This document shows, piece by piece, positions 38,640 through 51,717 of a stretch of 64,000 bases of DNA. The DNA lies in assembly GCF_964204645.1 (NCBI RefSeq), contig NC_134025.1, positions 18,017,101 through 18,081,100 on the forward strand. Reading direction: 5' to 3'. Under the pieces are notes generated by a model. It had not been told where the DNA came from. It saw nothing but the letters and a program-made list of their open reading frames with translations, and made no database searches. The translations under genes and the position numbers were made by a program. The stretch comes from Tubulanus polymorphus (taxonomy: Eukaryota > Animalia > Nemertea). Every line of letters begins with the position of its first letter. The stretch's first letter is position 1.

Positions 38640-39555
38640 GTTGTTGTTGTTGTTCGTCCTTCGGAGTCGAAGATGACCAAACTTCAGTTTCAGCTTCCGT
38701 GTGTTCTCTGATGGCTGATGAGACCGATTTTGGCTCTGAAGCCCCGACCGCAGTCTGGACATCTGTTCTGCACGGATGCTGGATAGGGAGCAGCCTTTCT
38801 GAGGGTACGTTTCCGCATTGCCTCGTCAACCCGCCTGATTTCAGAGGTCATGGCTCCCTGGTGAATCAAGCTTTTGAAGCTGGCTCTGTCAGAGGCAGAA
38901 TTTTCCCAGGTTTTGGGATCAATGCCAAATGCACCAAGGGAGATTTTTAGAGTGTCCTTGTAGCGTTTCTTCTGGCCACCTGTTGATCTTTTGCCGGAGG
39001 CAAGTTCACCGAACAGAAGTTGCTTTGGGATGCGGCTGTCAGGCTTGCGCACTATGTGTCCTGCCCACCGGACTTGTGCCTTCTGAAGCAGGGTGTAGAT
39101 GCTTGGGAGACCTGCTGTGGCAAGGACATCAGTATTGGGAATTTTGTCTTGCCATCTTATGCGAAGGATCCTGCGGAGACAGCTCATGTGGAAGTTGTTC
39201 AGCTGATTGGCATGTCTACTATAGACAGTCCAGGTCTCGCAGGCGAATAGGAGTGTTGTGAGTACGATGGCACGGTATACGGAGATCTTTGTCTTGGTGG
39301 TTATCCCTCTTCGTTCCCAGACACATTTCCTGAGTCTGCCAAAGGTAGCGCTGGCTTTTGCAATTCTGTTTCTCGCCTCCGCATCTATGTTCACGGAAGC
39401 AGACAGTGTACTCCCAAGGTAGACAAAGTGTTCAACTCCTTCCAGGTATGTCCCGTTTATCTGGATTGCAGGTTTACTGTGAGGTTTCCCTGGTGGAGGT
39501 TGGTAGAGTACTTTGGTCTTAGGGATGGAGATGGTGAGGCCGAGGAAAGTCGCAC
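38640..39555 (-). mobile_element. 5'-truncated RTE (BovB-like) LINE with (CAA)n tail
   Basis: VEHFVYLGST, RIAKASATFGRL, LLFACETW, RWAGHIVR..RIPKQLLFGEL, GGQKKRYKD, C-terminal CPDC..HQRTH; (GTT)n at 38640. Confidence 0.92.
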
Positions 39556-39689
39556 CATGTCATGCTGCAACTTGGTTCAGTGGTAGCACCAAGTCAGTCC
39601 AGGGTAATGCTTACCCTGCGTGTAGTCACACTTCCATCATTGAGAGATGACCACTCAACATCAAATGGCAGTAAACCACATGTGGTGGT

Positions 39690-40731
39690 TTACTGATCAT
39701 ACTCATGAACCTGATATATCATAATATAAGTTACCTTAACAGTTGAATAACTAGTCGATCTCAGGGTTAGTTCATTTAGCCAGCCATCATGTTTCATCAT
39801 CATATGTGTGAGATTAATTATGTCTTTTGTATTATAACTAGTTGCCGACCGATCATTCCATAGTGCTATTTTCAAGCCTTCACTGCACGTTTCATCGATT
39901 ATTGTAGAATTCCTAACCGCTGTAGGCTTTTTTCATGGTGATATAACAGTTTTCTCCATTTCATCCTGAAAAAAAAACCAGTTACAAGAACTATCTCGCT
40001 AACCAAAGGATTAAGTTTGTTTTGAAACATCATAATGCTCTGAAATATGAAATCATATGTTTGCCAATTCTCTTGACACTAATACACTGAAACTAATCAA
40101 CTCTATTTTGATAATTCCGATTTGTAAATCCTAAAAAGTATTTGAAAAGTCTCGAAGAGAATTTATGACAATCTTTCAAATTTCATGGTATTTTAAGGGA
40201 TTCAATATAAATTGTATTTTGAAGTAATGCTGACAGAAATTCAACTCTCTAGAAACGTACCTGATGAACAGTAGCAGTGACAGAAACCAGACTGGTTGAT
40301 TTTGATTTGTAGAGATCTCTTATCTGTTGAATAGTCATGTCGGGTGGTGCAGGAGGATCGACCATTAGTTCGGCTTCACGCAAAATATGACCTGGAACTG
40401 GTTCATCTGTAGTTTCACTTATGATGGTTTTGGATGTGAAAAACAAGGCTTGCCTGCCAACATTATAATTCCGTATGTAGACAGATTTCCCAACATTCAA
40501 TTTTCATTCATGTTCTTTTATGTTAGATATTCCTTTATATCCAGCAGATCGGTCAGCAATGGCTACAGTAATACTATTATTAAAACTGCTGACTTTTCTC
40601 TTGACTATTTTCACTTTAATTGGTTTCTCGTACGGTGCATTACTGCTATGTTTTCCATCTATAATAGATTTCAAGTCTTTCGTCTGAAAAGAGCAATAGA
40701 AATTTGTATACAAAAAAGCCAAGGCAAACAA
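39690..40731 (-). pseudogene. Putative OB-fold (RPA-like) ssDNA-binding gene fragments, probably multi-exon
   Basis: TVAIADRSA, GKSVYIRNY, LVSVTATVHQV, KIALWND; AG/GT-bounded segments. Confidence 0.45.
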
Positions 40732-40859
40732 TTTCGCTACCGAGACATTTATAAGTTGACAACAAATACATGTTTTTGTTGGGTAACCTGAAAAGATACG
40801 TGACTTTCTAATAATCAGCTATTGTAAACCTATGTAAAGTATGCTATGATCTGCCCAAT

Positions 40860-41490
40860 ATGCGTCCATTACACCAGTTGAAATATTATCAGGGGACATA
40901 TTGGTGAATATCAAATCAAGGATGCTATCATATGTACTGGTTGATTCTTTTATATCAACTGCAGGCAAGTGAAATTTTCCAACATGAATATCTCAACCGA
41001 TGAATTATAATTTTTGTGTTGACAAACTGATTTCATGTTAAAATCACCAGTGATAATCATGTTTGTTGCCACGTCGATACGTTCCATATTCTGCAACATA
41101 CTAAATACTTTATCCAGGGTGCTCTTGGGTGAAATGTAAACAAATATTACCTGAATTGGTGTATGATTGTGTTGTATGCATATGTATGTAGCCTCTACAT
41201 CGTGATAACTAACCAAGTGTTTCTCTAAAAGATGTACTTTTCCATTGTAGTAAGTCATGACTTGGGCGGCCACTTGATTGTGAACCATAAGAGTTGTCAT
41301 TTCTGATCATGTTGAAACCAGTGAGAGCATACCCAGCGGAGTTGTCAGTAGATTTAATACGTGATTCAGAAAAAGTTGCAATATCTGCGGACAGAATGTT
41401 TGGATTGGATTGAATATCAGCTTTATTGCCATGGGATGATCTGGCATTGTGATAAATTATTTCGAAGGACTTCTCTGTCAAGTTGTACAA
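40860..41490 (-). pseudogene. Helentron AP-like endonuclease
   Basis: YHNARSSH, DIATFSESR, FVYISP, IITGDFN. Confidence 0.82.
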
Positions 41491-44130
41491 CGGAGTGTGT
41501 AAAAGAGCTGCACTTTAGAATTCTTTTTCAGATGGTCAATATGTTCGGTAACATCCTTTGAAATTGATATCTTTTGTTCATTAAGATTCAGTATGTATAA
41601 TCCATTGATGTTTTTGACTCTACTAAACGTCACATAATGAGAATGTCTAAGTAGTGACTGTGGACATCTTTTTAGTGGGGAAGCGTCCATATCAACTACA
41701 ATCTTGTCATGGGTTGCACCTTGAGATGAATGTATTGTTCGCCCTGCACTAGGCCTTGGATGTTCGAATATCACGGATACCGGATACCGGACACCGGACA
41801 CCTAAATACCGGATACCGGATACTCGAGATTGAGGAGTATATAGCGCATCGGGTCTAACGGTCAGCGGTAAACGGCAGTTTGTGTGAGATCAAGTAGAAG
41901 AATAAAAGGCCTAGATTATTTTCATAATACATCGGTATATGCTTTTCAAGTAAAGTAGCATACAAATGTTACCGGTATAGACAATTCAATACAGATTTAT
42001 TGCTTCCGAGTAATAACTCGATTACATACGACAGACCCGGTAACAAACAGTGGACAGAAAATATTTTTTATAATTCTGCCAATTTGAACGGATTACCGAA
42101 TAGACCGTTACCGTTTTGGGCAGAGCTTCTGTACAATACAAAATATCTTTATCATTCAGTTTCACGAAGAAGGCCATTTTAATTAAGTAAAGCGTTATTG
42201 ACGATCTATATTTTCATGATCTTTAGAATCAAATTTAACATCAGGGTAAATAGTCACTTAGAGAAATGGTAGGTACCGGTATTCGACGAACTGATTTTTG
42301 AAGGTTATACCAAAACAATTGGTGTCCAGGGGTGTTGATTTTCGACGATCGCCATGGACTCAATTTCATTTTTAGGGACATTGTGATTGAGAATGAAATG
42401 TAGACATATCGTCCAATAAATAGAATATACCGAATATTCTACTCCATAAAATAAGAAAACGAATTTTAATTCTTTGTTTGTAAATACTTGTTTTTCATTG
42501 GTGTTCATCCTAAATCAACAAATACAAACTGTAGAGATCTTTAAAACAAATTTTATTAGAAGAAACGTTACAAATGCCAGACTCGCTTATGGCTTTCTAA
42601 CTTGAGATATAGGGCCTTGCAGTACTCAGCCCTATTAACGAAAGGATTTTACAGAAAACCAAAAAGGGCCACCAATACATATCCATCACCAGTGAAGTAA
42701 GATAATAAAAAATGAATATAACGTTTAACTTCACCTAACCAAAGAACAACAGTATTCAGAAAGAAATATGTATAATATTGAGATCGATGATGACAATAAA
42801 AACGTGAAAGCAGGCTGTAATCAGGCTGACAAATAAGTTGGTTAGCCTCTGTAACAATTTGACAAATAAATTGTATGTCGCGGCAGTACTACTTACAACA
42901 GCACGGAAACGACTCCTTAGACCCGATGCGCTATATACTCCGCAATCTCGAGTATCCGGTATCCGGTATTTAGGTGTCCGGTATCCGGTATCCGTGATAT
43001 TCGAACAGCCCTAGGCCTGAGTGGAAATTGAGTGCCCTGAACAGTATGTTTTTTACAAAGAATACTCGTTTAGTTGCAAACACTGGAGTCTTATCAGGTT
43101 TAATATCCTTTCCATAAAAACATCTGCATTTTTTTATATGTTCTTGACCAATATTTGGATTATGAAATTTCATCCATACTAAAGTTGGAATTGTGGAGGC
43201 ACTGTCAGCTTTCTGAATTTTTTGTATTACACAGTCAGAGCCGTATATGATGCCATCTTCAATAGAAATATTAACATATATCATATGTACGAGAGATTCA
43301 GCAATATTAAGGGTTCGCATAATTCCAGCCACATCGTTGTACGTCTTGCAAGATTGTAACGTTTTCATTATGCTTTGTTTCATGGAATTTGAGACGTCGT
43401 CAATCACAGCATCATGGGCTTTGACAATAATCTTTTCCATATATATGTTTTCAAATACAGTTCTATTTTGACTGTTGACTTTTCCTTTCAACGGAAAGAA
43501 GTGTGGTGCAGTAGCTGGATATTCAGGTTGGTTTGGTGATATTTGTCTACTCTTAAGAACCAACAGATCAGCAGGAGTTACTTGTCCGACTCTAAGTCTA
43601 TTCAGTAACGTAGCATATTCTAAATCATCTCTCTGCCGCATTATTTCTTCTAATTCAAATATTTCATAGTTTTCAACCCATACATCGGATGCTAAAGGGC
43701 CATAAGAATCAGGAATTGTATCAAATATGTATCCATCAAAGACAGGTTTGAGTTGGCAAAAATCACCAATAGCAAGCATTGACAAACCACCAAAGATACT
43801 TCTATTACCCTTGATTTCTTGCAGACGTAAATTAATTAAATTCAGCATACCAGAGCGAACCATGGAAATCTCATCTATTATAACTAATTGAAGATCGAGG
43901 TATTTAGTGCATAAAGTATCTAATGCGCTCGAAGTTAATTTCTTGTACTCATATTCCTGACTAGGATATATTTTAAGTGCCGAGTGTATTGTTGACCCTC
44001 CAATCTGATATGCTGCCATGGCAGTAGGTGCCATCATTAGAATCTTTGATTTATCGGGACTCTCCCCAGCTTTTGATATCAAGGACCTAAGTAAATATTG
44101 ATATATAGCTATAATAAGAATAGACTTCCA
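41478..44130 (-). pseudogene. PIF1-like helicase, interrupted by a MITE
   Basis: MAPTAMAAYQIGGSTIHSAL, IIDEISM, GDFCQLKPV, EIMRQRDD, QFPLRP|SAGRTIHSSQGAT, YVTFSRV. Confidence 0.92.
41757..43011. mobile_element. Non-autonomous DNA transposon (MITE) with about 100-bp TIRs
   Basis: TIR tgttcgaatatcacggataccggatacc..gcgcatcgggtctaa at both ends; (C)TAGGCCT duplicated; removal restores the helicase motif. Confidence 0.9.
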
Positions 44131-44999
44131 GATAAGTAAATGTAAAATAAAAAATCATCATTTCGGTTAAACCACTGGATAATGTGTGTGAATATTTTAT
44201 TCTGTTTAAGGTTCAGAGATTGTAACAAAGATTTATATTCAATCTAACTTATTCTCCCTAGAAGAAGTTCCACAGTGTCGTCGTAATTGACAGCCGGTAA
44301 GCCAATGTCATGGCATAAATCATAGTTTTTCTGGTTCTCAATCTCATTCTGAAGCTCTTGCTCTGCAGCTTGCCCAGCTTCAATTGAATCATCATTATGT
44401 GACTCATATTTATCCAACATTAGTCTAAGAAGAGGTAAACACTGATTAAATGTTGTATTATATGATGTAAGAGGGGTAATTGAGCTTTCATCACGCCATG
44501 GTAAATACAAGAGGAGTCGTTCTCGGTAATAGTTCTCTGGATCGTTTTTTTTAATCATAATTAACGAACCGTTTTACCCTTGGGTTATTTCGGATTTTGA
44601 ATGATGCAACATCATCTAAGTTATCATCATAGAAATCCTCATCCTTGGTATTAGGGAATATTAGGTTAATGTTTGCTGCAAAGTTAGCAGACAGTAATTT
44701 TCAAGCAAAAAGTCTTTTTGCATAATGACCTAAAATTCTTTTACTCTGAATGTCTGTTGATTGCTTTGGAAGTTTTTCTAGTGACTTTTTCCCTTTAAGT
44801 AAGAAAGTTCGTTCATTAGGAGGACTAGTGTTAACGAATACGATTTCACGGGAGCAGCGAGTGATGGGCATTTGAAGAACTAATTATGCCGCTTCTTGTG
44901 CCCCTTTTTCGGTTGAGTATAGGAATTTGTTCCCAATATGTCTGACGGATTGCTCTAAGGTCAAATTATCTGATTTGCTTTCTTTACAAGCTCTTATAT

Positions 45000-45332
45000 A
45001 ACACTCATTCCTTTCTGTAATTTGCAGGACTAAGCTACTATATAGTAAGCGATAGCATATACATCGTCTAAGATAATAGAACGATAACAACACTCAAACG
45101 TGGTGAACGGATAATAAGATAAAAACCCACTATCTACAGATTAAGAAAATCTAAAAACAAGAATTAATTTATTCAATCTAAAATATTTATAAGACCTGAC
45201 GATGATCTCTAGGGTGAGATCGTAACGTCGTGTCTTATTATTATTATTATATATTTCAGATTGCATAAATAAATTCTTGTTTTTAAATTCTTTTAATCTG
45301 TAGATAGTGGGTTTTTATGTTATTATCGTCTA
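45000..45332. mobile_element. Penelope-like terminal remnant: inverted repeat around a degenerate hammerhead motif
   Basis: Inverted repeat about 45111-45165 / 45272-45326; CTGACGA-stem-GTAAC core at 45196-45229. Confidence 0.6.
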
Positions 45333-45339
45333 ATATAAA

Positions 45340-46353
45340 TTGGATACCATGATTTATACATGCAACAGATCTCTCATATAAGGATTTACCCGGACTTCAT
45401 TAGGACTCCTTTTCAGAAATATTTTAGGTTTGGCCAAACAAGATCTGATAATACTGATGTAGACTGTTTCAGTCCTAAAAAAGTGTTTTGAAGAAAGTCA
45501 TCAAATGAAATACGCAACTCATTTTCATCCATATTGCTAAGGGTAACTTGAAGAGCTTTATATTTCAACTGGAGTTGTTCAAGATCTGTTGTCTCATCGG
45601 GATCAAAAGGTTCTAAAATCTGTGTATTCCTCATTGGAGGCCATGGACATACAAAACGACATGTAGATTCTTCTTCTTTCTACAAGTTTTGGAATGCTTA
45701 TGGTATTGATGTTTAAGATACTTTGTGTGCTGGTCAGGTATGTCGGAGGATACACTGATTGCTTTGTCAATATAATCTATGATTTCCGCTACAAGGTCTT
45801 GTCCATAACGTTTTGGGTTCTCAAGCCAAAGAGTGATGTGCAAGTGTGGTGAACCTCTCTGCTGAAATTCAACGCGGTAAAAGTAATCTGATATCTTATC
45901 TAGTGGACCTGCTGTTCTTTTGAGCCCATTATTTATGAAGGGAAATACCCTGTGATCAAAATAACGAGCACAGGTGACTGGATCAGAACTTATCAAACGA
46001 GACATAGTTGACCAATTGAAGTTATCAATTTGTTCATCTGAATACTGTATGTCATCTACTAGTTTCCCAAGGCTTCTGAGTAATGGATACCATTATGTTT
46101 CGGCAGCAGACAGGGATATAAACAAAGTTGGAAATCCAAGTTGTCGAATCATGGCATATATATCCTTCTTCCTTTTGTATAAATATGGAGGTGAATTGCG
46201 TATGGTACGGAATATATAATAACCTTCATCAAGCTTGACCATCTTTTCATGAATTGCATCATTCAGCACATTTTCAGCAGTGTACTGTTTGCCTTGATTT
46301 TTACAACGCCTTACAGAAAGAGTTGCCTTCTCTGATATCTGTTTGATTTGCAA
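45340..46353 (-). pseudogene. Helitron Rep (HUH endonuclease) domain
   Basis: RQLGFPTLFISLSAAET, DPVTCARYF, RVEFQQRGSPHLHITLW, QYHKHSKTC. Confidence 0.92.
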
Positions 46354-46354
46354 T

Positions 46355-47650
46355 TTTTATGCATGCTATATTCACTTCGTCGTCCGTCCGTCCGTCCGTC
46401 AGTCCGCAGTGGTTTCCGTGCCCTAGCACCCAAACCCTTTGACAAATTTTCCTGAAATTTACCAACTGTGTTGTACTAGATGAGTTTAGTAACTGACTAG
46501 ATTTTGGATCCTGTAAGTTCAAGGTCAAGGTCACATGAAGTCATTTTGTTAATTTCATATCCGAGCTCAAACTTATAAACGGTTTAAGATAACTAGATGA
46601 AATTAAATGGATGAGTTATACTAAAAACTGTGGGTAATTGATTAGATTTTGGGTCCTGTAGGTCCAAGGTCAAGGTCACAGGAAGCCATTTTGTAAATCT
46701 AATTTCCGGGCTCTAACTCATAAACGATTTGAGATAACTCAGTGAAATTCTATGGATGTGTTATCCCAGTGACCGTGGGTAACTGATTCGATTTTGGAAC
46801 CTGTAGGTCAAAGGTCAAGGTCACCAGGTGCTGTTTGGTATTTTTAATTTCCGGGCTCTAACTCATGAACGATTTAAGATAACTTGCTGAAGTTTAATGG
46901 ATGGGTTACCCTAGAGACCTTCAGTGACTGCTTAGATATTGGGTCCTGTAGGTCTAAGGTCAAGGTCACCAGAAGTTATTTGGCTATTTTTATTTCCGGG
47001 CTATCACTCATAAATGGTTAAAGATAACTTGGTGAAATTAAATTGATAAATTGTCCTAGAGCAAATAGATAACTGATTAGATGTTGGGTCCTGTAGGTCA
47101 AAGGTCAAGGTCACCAGAAGTTGTTTTGCAATTTTCGGGCTCTAATTCATTGATTGTTTACGATTACTATGTAGAATAATTAATGAATTAATCTTGTGAC
47201 TATAAGTGGGCCTAACTGATTCAACTTTGAGTAGTGTAGGTCAAAGTTCAATGTCACAGCTCGAAGAAGTGAGTAACTGATATAAGTCCTGATCGAGTTT
47301 AGCAGACTATAGTGTTAGTGACTATATGATATGCCTTCAATAATTTTAATGGTTGCATATTTCATAATTGTCAAACAACGAATACCCTGTACATTAACTC
47401 AGGGAGTATTTCCTTATTCAAACTATTCCTGTTGAGTTACTTTACTCTATTTTTTCCTGATCAAATATTCGTTCACTGTTCGACTATTCCTATTGAGTTA
47501 CTTTACTCTATTTTTGCTGATCATGTATTTGTTCACTATTGAATACCTAAGCTGCTTCATATACAATTCAATATATCCCCAAGGTGTACTTTACTCTCAG
47601 GCGTTTCACCTGATGTGGGGGCATCAGTCGACTTCAGCGACATTCTAGTT
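46355..47650 (+). mobile_element. HINE/DINE-1-like non-autonomous Helentron with a central tandem array
   Basis: Inserted in a T-run; (GTCC)n at 46381; about 6 units of about 147 bp carrying AAGGTCAAGGTCAC; ends in CTAGTT; splits NIFFKLK|KLQIKQI. Confidence 0.8.
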
Positions 47651-48620
47651 TCAGTTTGAAAAATATATTAGTAATGTTTGAAGCCACTCTGCGATCTACA
47701 CATCGAAGCTCATGCTTGCAAATGTCACTAAAATGTACAGGAACTTGTCTGCTATCATTAGTGGGCCGTGTTTGTCCACAAAAGATGGTAGGCCATGCTA
47801 AATGCACTGCATCAGTATCACAGTAGAGTCCAATTGGCTGCTGACCTTCCCCAGGGGCAAAACTATATACATTGGGATCAATCTCGTCCAATAAAGTATC
47901 CATGTTATTTACAGTTTCCTTGTTGTCAACCTCTATAAATTCATCATCAGAATCTTCTGCAGATATTGCATTGCCTGATATATGTTCTTGATTGATTTCA
48001 AGACTGAAAATGGAATCTATAAATGGTGTGATACCAGAAGGTTCACTAATATGATTGATCCAATCTTTATCCAATGCTATACCAGCTGATTGGTACAAGG
48101 TACCGTTACTCAATAACCAATGTAAAGCCTGGACAACTTTTCGTGGACGTACATTTTCACTGATTTCAACAGTTTTGTATGATATTTTTCTTTTCAGCCT
48201 CACAGCAACTGTTTGCGAATCTGAATATTTTCGAGGTAATGAATTAACTGTTGTTTCACAATCAACCGGGACATTGACAACATTGCCACGAAGCAAAACG
48301 TATCTGCATGAAGGGAATCCGGAATGCAATCAAACGTTCTTCTAAAGGCGTCAAATAGAGCTCAGGTGGTTTTTCTGGAAAGCCCATTCCCTTGAGAATA
48401 GACATTTTTGGTATTTTACCAATCTTTATATGTTTTAGACAAGTATTACAAATCCATTCACTGTTTTCACAAGAAATGAGTCCAGTTAAGCAATCCCTTA
48501 ATAGTTCATCATGTTGCATGTTGACAGTGGCAAAGTTGTGCACAGATTCTTTGAACCAAGTTTGTAAGCAAACTGAACAAACATAGTCACGACCTGTTTC
48601 AAAAGATGTTAAGAAGCTGT
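47650..48620 (-). pseudogene. Helitron pre-Rep conserved region (Cys-rich)
   Basis: WICNTC..IPKMS, LTPLEERLIA.RIPFMQI, GNVVNVPVD, LKRKISYK, FAPGEGQQP, WPTIFCGQ. Confidence 0.85.
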
Positions 48621-48961
48621 CACAAATTTTGTTTAAAAGTATTTACAATAAATACTGATTCTGGGGGCTTGTTATCAAGTGACTTGATCTCACTATTGTG
48701 TGAAGTCTTTCTTTTTTAGGAACACACAAATGATCAGATTTTTCGGGAACTCTTTTCCTTTTTCTATCCCTATCTTTTCTTCTCTCTGCCTCTCGGAAGT
48801 AAGGATCTTTTCGAATTTGTTGCATGTATATCTTCATCCTCTGAGCCTTCATCATTTTTGTTTCTGATCGCCTAAATACTGTTGTAAACTTTTTTTGAAA
48901 CATCTAAAACGTTTTCATATCCAGAAGACTTATTTTCAGTACACAAAGCTGATAATGGAGG

Positions 48962-49560
48962 TTACGATATAAGTTCCAAATTCTGTTTAGAAATTTGTGA
49001 CGTGGACATGTGTTTAAATTTTTGTTGTGATCTTGGAATACCAAGGGAAAAAGCTTTCTTTGAAACCTTCTTACGAAGAAAAAATGACATGTCAAAAGAA
49101 TCAACATTAACAGCTAATGCGTATTCTTTGAGGTATCGTTCTAAATCCAACACATTAGCAAATTGGAGAACTAGAGTACCATCCGCACAGGGTAATCCTA
49201 AATTGTTTCTGCTATGAGAATCGACTATATGAAATTGTGAATTTTCACATACATTTGATTTTAATGAACCAGTGACAGAACTTTTAGCTTTTAATGGGAG
49301 ATCATCAAAGCAGTTGAAGTATTCAGGCAAGTCAGTTATGAACAAGTATGAAGCTTTAGAGAAATATTTTGTTATTTGCTTATACAATTCATCGCCTTCC
49401 CGTAACACATTATCAATATCATTATGCAACCATAATTCAGGATCAAGCACCAAAGAGTAAATTAGAGCATATGCTGAGTTGGGAACACATTGCTTACCAG
49501 CAGAAAATGGTGAAAATTCATCCAAGTCACCTTGATGAAATTGTCCATGAGTAATATTTG
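48962..49560 (-). pseudogene. Herpesvirus tegument deubiquitinase-like (peptidase C76) cysteine protease domain of the Helentron
   Basis: FHQGD..FS..SAGKQCVPNS, IDNVLREGDELY, HIVDSHSR. Confidence 0.7.
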
Positions 49561-49700
49561 CAACACTATTAGATCATGCTAAAACAATCATTTAGCTACA
49601 ATAATACTCTTGTTGAATGATACACAGAGGACAAAACTTGCAATGTATAGGCAGTTTAGACTGTGTATGAAGTTGTATAATGAAGTTGTATAATAGAAAC

Positions 49701-49990
49701 GTACACTCTGTAGTATTACGTTATTAACGAGACCGAACTGTATTACACTAACTTGTACTACAGAATCGAACACTCTGTAGTATTACAGTATTACCGAGAC
49801 TGAACTGTATTACACTAAGTTGTACTATAGAATCGCACACTCTGTAGTATTACGGTATTAACGAGACTGAACTGTATTACACTAAGTTTTACTATAGAAT
49901 CGTACACTGTAGTATTACGGTATCAACGGGACTGAACTGTATTATACTAAGTTGTACTATAGAATCGTACACTGTAGTATTACGTTATCA
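49701..49990. repeat. Minisatellite, about 66-68-bp unit, just over 4 copies
   Basis: cactctgtagtattacg..gaactgtattacactaa..tagaatcg repeated. Confidence 0.88.
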
Positions 49991-51100
49991 ACTTACCTTG
50001 ACTTATCTTGCTTGAATGAACTTGAATATGTAAAACTGAAATAAAAATGTAATATAACATATTGAAGTAACTTCCAAAATCCAGAAATCTGAACCCAGTG
50101 CCCCAACTGCACACCAAGCTTAATGGAAATTCATCAAGAACAAGAATTGATGTTGACACGTATATCCCCGGGACACTCCGCATCAGTACTTGTGACACAA
50201 CAGATGAAGCATCTGCAATGATTACACCGGACGCGCTGTTGCCAAAAAACCAATATGTCCCCCGGACGAAGTCGTGGGGGACAAACCAAAAGCCCTTAGG
50301 GGCACTATGGCCAGCCTGTCACATTTGCTTATCATAATGATGTAGTCTGTGGGTTATATTTGTCAATATACACAATTTTGATGGCTAATAAGCATATCAA
50401 GGTCATCAACCCGATTTGAGAAAAGCTATCTTCGAACAATTATCCGTAGCACAAATAAAAATTCCTCCCAGAAACCAAAGCAACTAAAGATTTCCTAGAA
50501 ATCGATCTTGAAATATTATTTTAAATCTTAAAATAAAACCCGGAAGTAAAACAGTAGACGATACCGCTGGTTCACGTGAACACATGCGCAGCTGATTTCT
50601 GTAGCTAAGCCGATCATAGAGGAGGCTTTGCTCTCTGATTGGCTTTTTAAAACTGATATTTTTTCATTCAGGCTTTCGTGAAAAACCCTCTGTTAATTTT
50701 AATGAGGCATTTTTTCAAAATTCGGCTTCCTAGGAATTGGAGAATGGATTACACTTGAATGCATTTGTAGGCCTATGAATATATGACCAGTTGCACAATG
50801 AAAAAGCCTTTCTGATTCATCTGGAAACCATGTCATTTAAATTCGCTCCATTTGCATAATGATAGGCTCAGCCTACGGCTGGCCTAAACATGTTTAGTAT
50901 TACTATTAGACTATTGTGTACAAGTGCTGACAAATGCTGCTACTGCAGCGCAGCATTGTGAAATGAATTCACACAGTCTTTCTATTTTGATATTCAACTC
51001 AAGTTAATTGTGTTACATTTTCAAACTGTGAATTATAAATGAAAAGTTGGTGGCTTACTAGTCTTGAAATGAAGGCTAAACTTAATAATGGCGTAATGTT

Positions 51101-51717
51101 GGGGTGTTCGAACTTGTGAATCACTGAATCACTGAATTTTATGTTAATTATAATTTTTCATTTCACTGATTGTTTCAAATAATTGTAAAATAAACAATAT
51201 AATAAATGATAAATCATATAAGTGGCGGCATATTTGGCGACAGTAACACTTTTAAAGCAAGATTCACGTTCAACGCTTCAACATTAAATTGAATTTGCGG
51301 TAAGCGGGCTCGGACCAACACACGTAAATTTATTTTTATTACATCCAGCAGTCAACAATTTCACTTCAATCATTGCCCCACGTTTCAATCGTCATGATTG
51401 TGTGTATTTTTCTATCAAATCTGCAACTTGGGTCCCCCTAAGGGCAAATCCCCACTAAAGCTGTTAGGCTACATCGAAGTCCCGATGACAATAGCCGAAG
51501 GCCCTTACCGCAGTCCGCAAAATACTACATCCGTTACCGGAGTCCAACTGAATTTTTTATCGAATATATGTAACGAAATTGAATAGATAAAATATAAATT
51601 TTCTTTAGAATATGTAAAATTAACATGGATTCAGCGTATTTAAAAATAAATTCAATGATTCAGCAAAATTAACATGATAATCAGCGTTTCAGCGATTCAG
51701 CGAAATTCGAACACCTG
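51101..51717. mobile_element. MITE with GGTGTTCGAA termini and subterminal (C)TGAATC repeats
   Basis: ggggtgttcgaa..ttcgaacacctg; TAATGTT(G) on both flanks. Confidence 0.75.

Larger units (their letters stand above)
39600..49590 (-). mobile_element. Decayed Helitron of the Helentron type; termini not determined
   Basis: Same-strand order: cysteine protease-like domain, Cys-rich region, HUH Rep, PIF1 helicase, AP endonuclease, OB-fold-like ORFs. Confidence 0.88.

Noticed and set aside
49701-49990. Regular repeats as a possible CRISPR array
   Set aside because: Units are head-to-tail with no unique spacers, no cas genes, and the context is eukaryotic.
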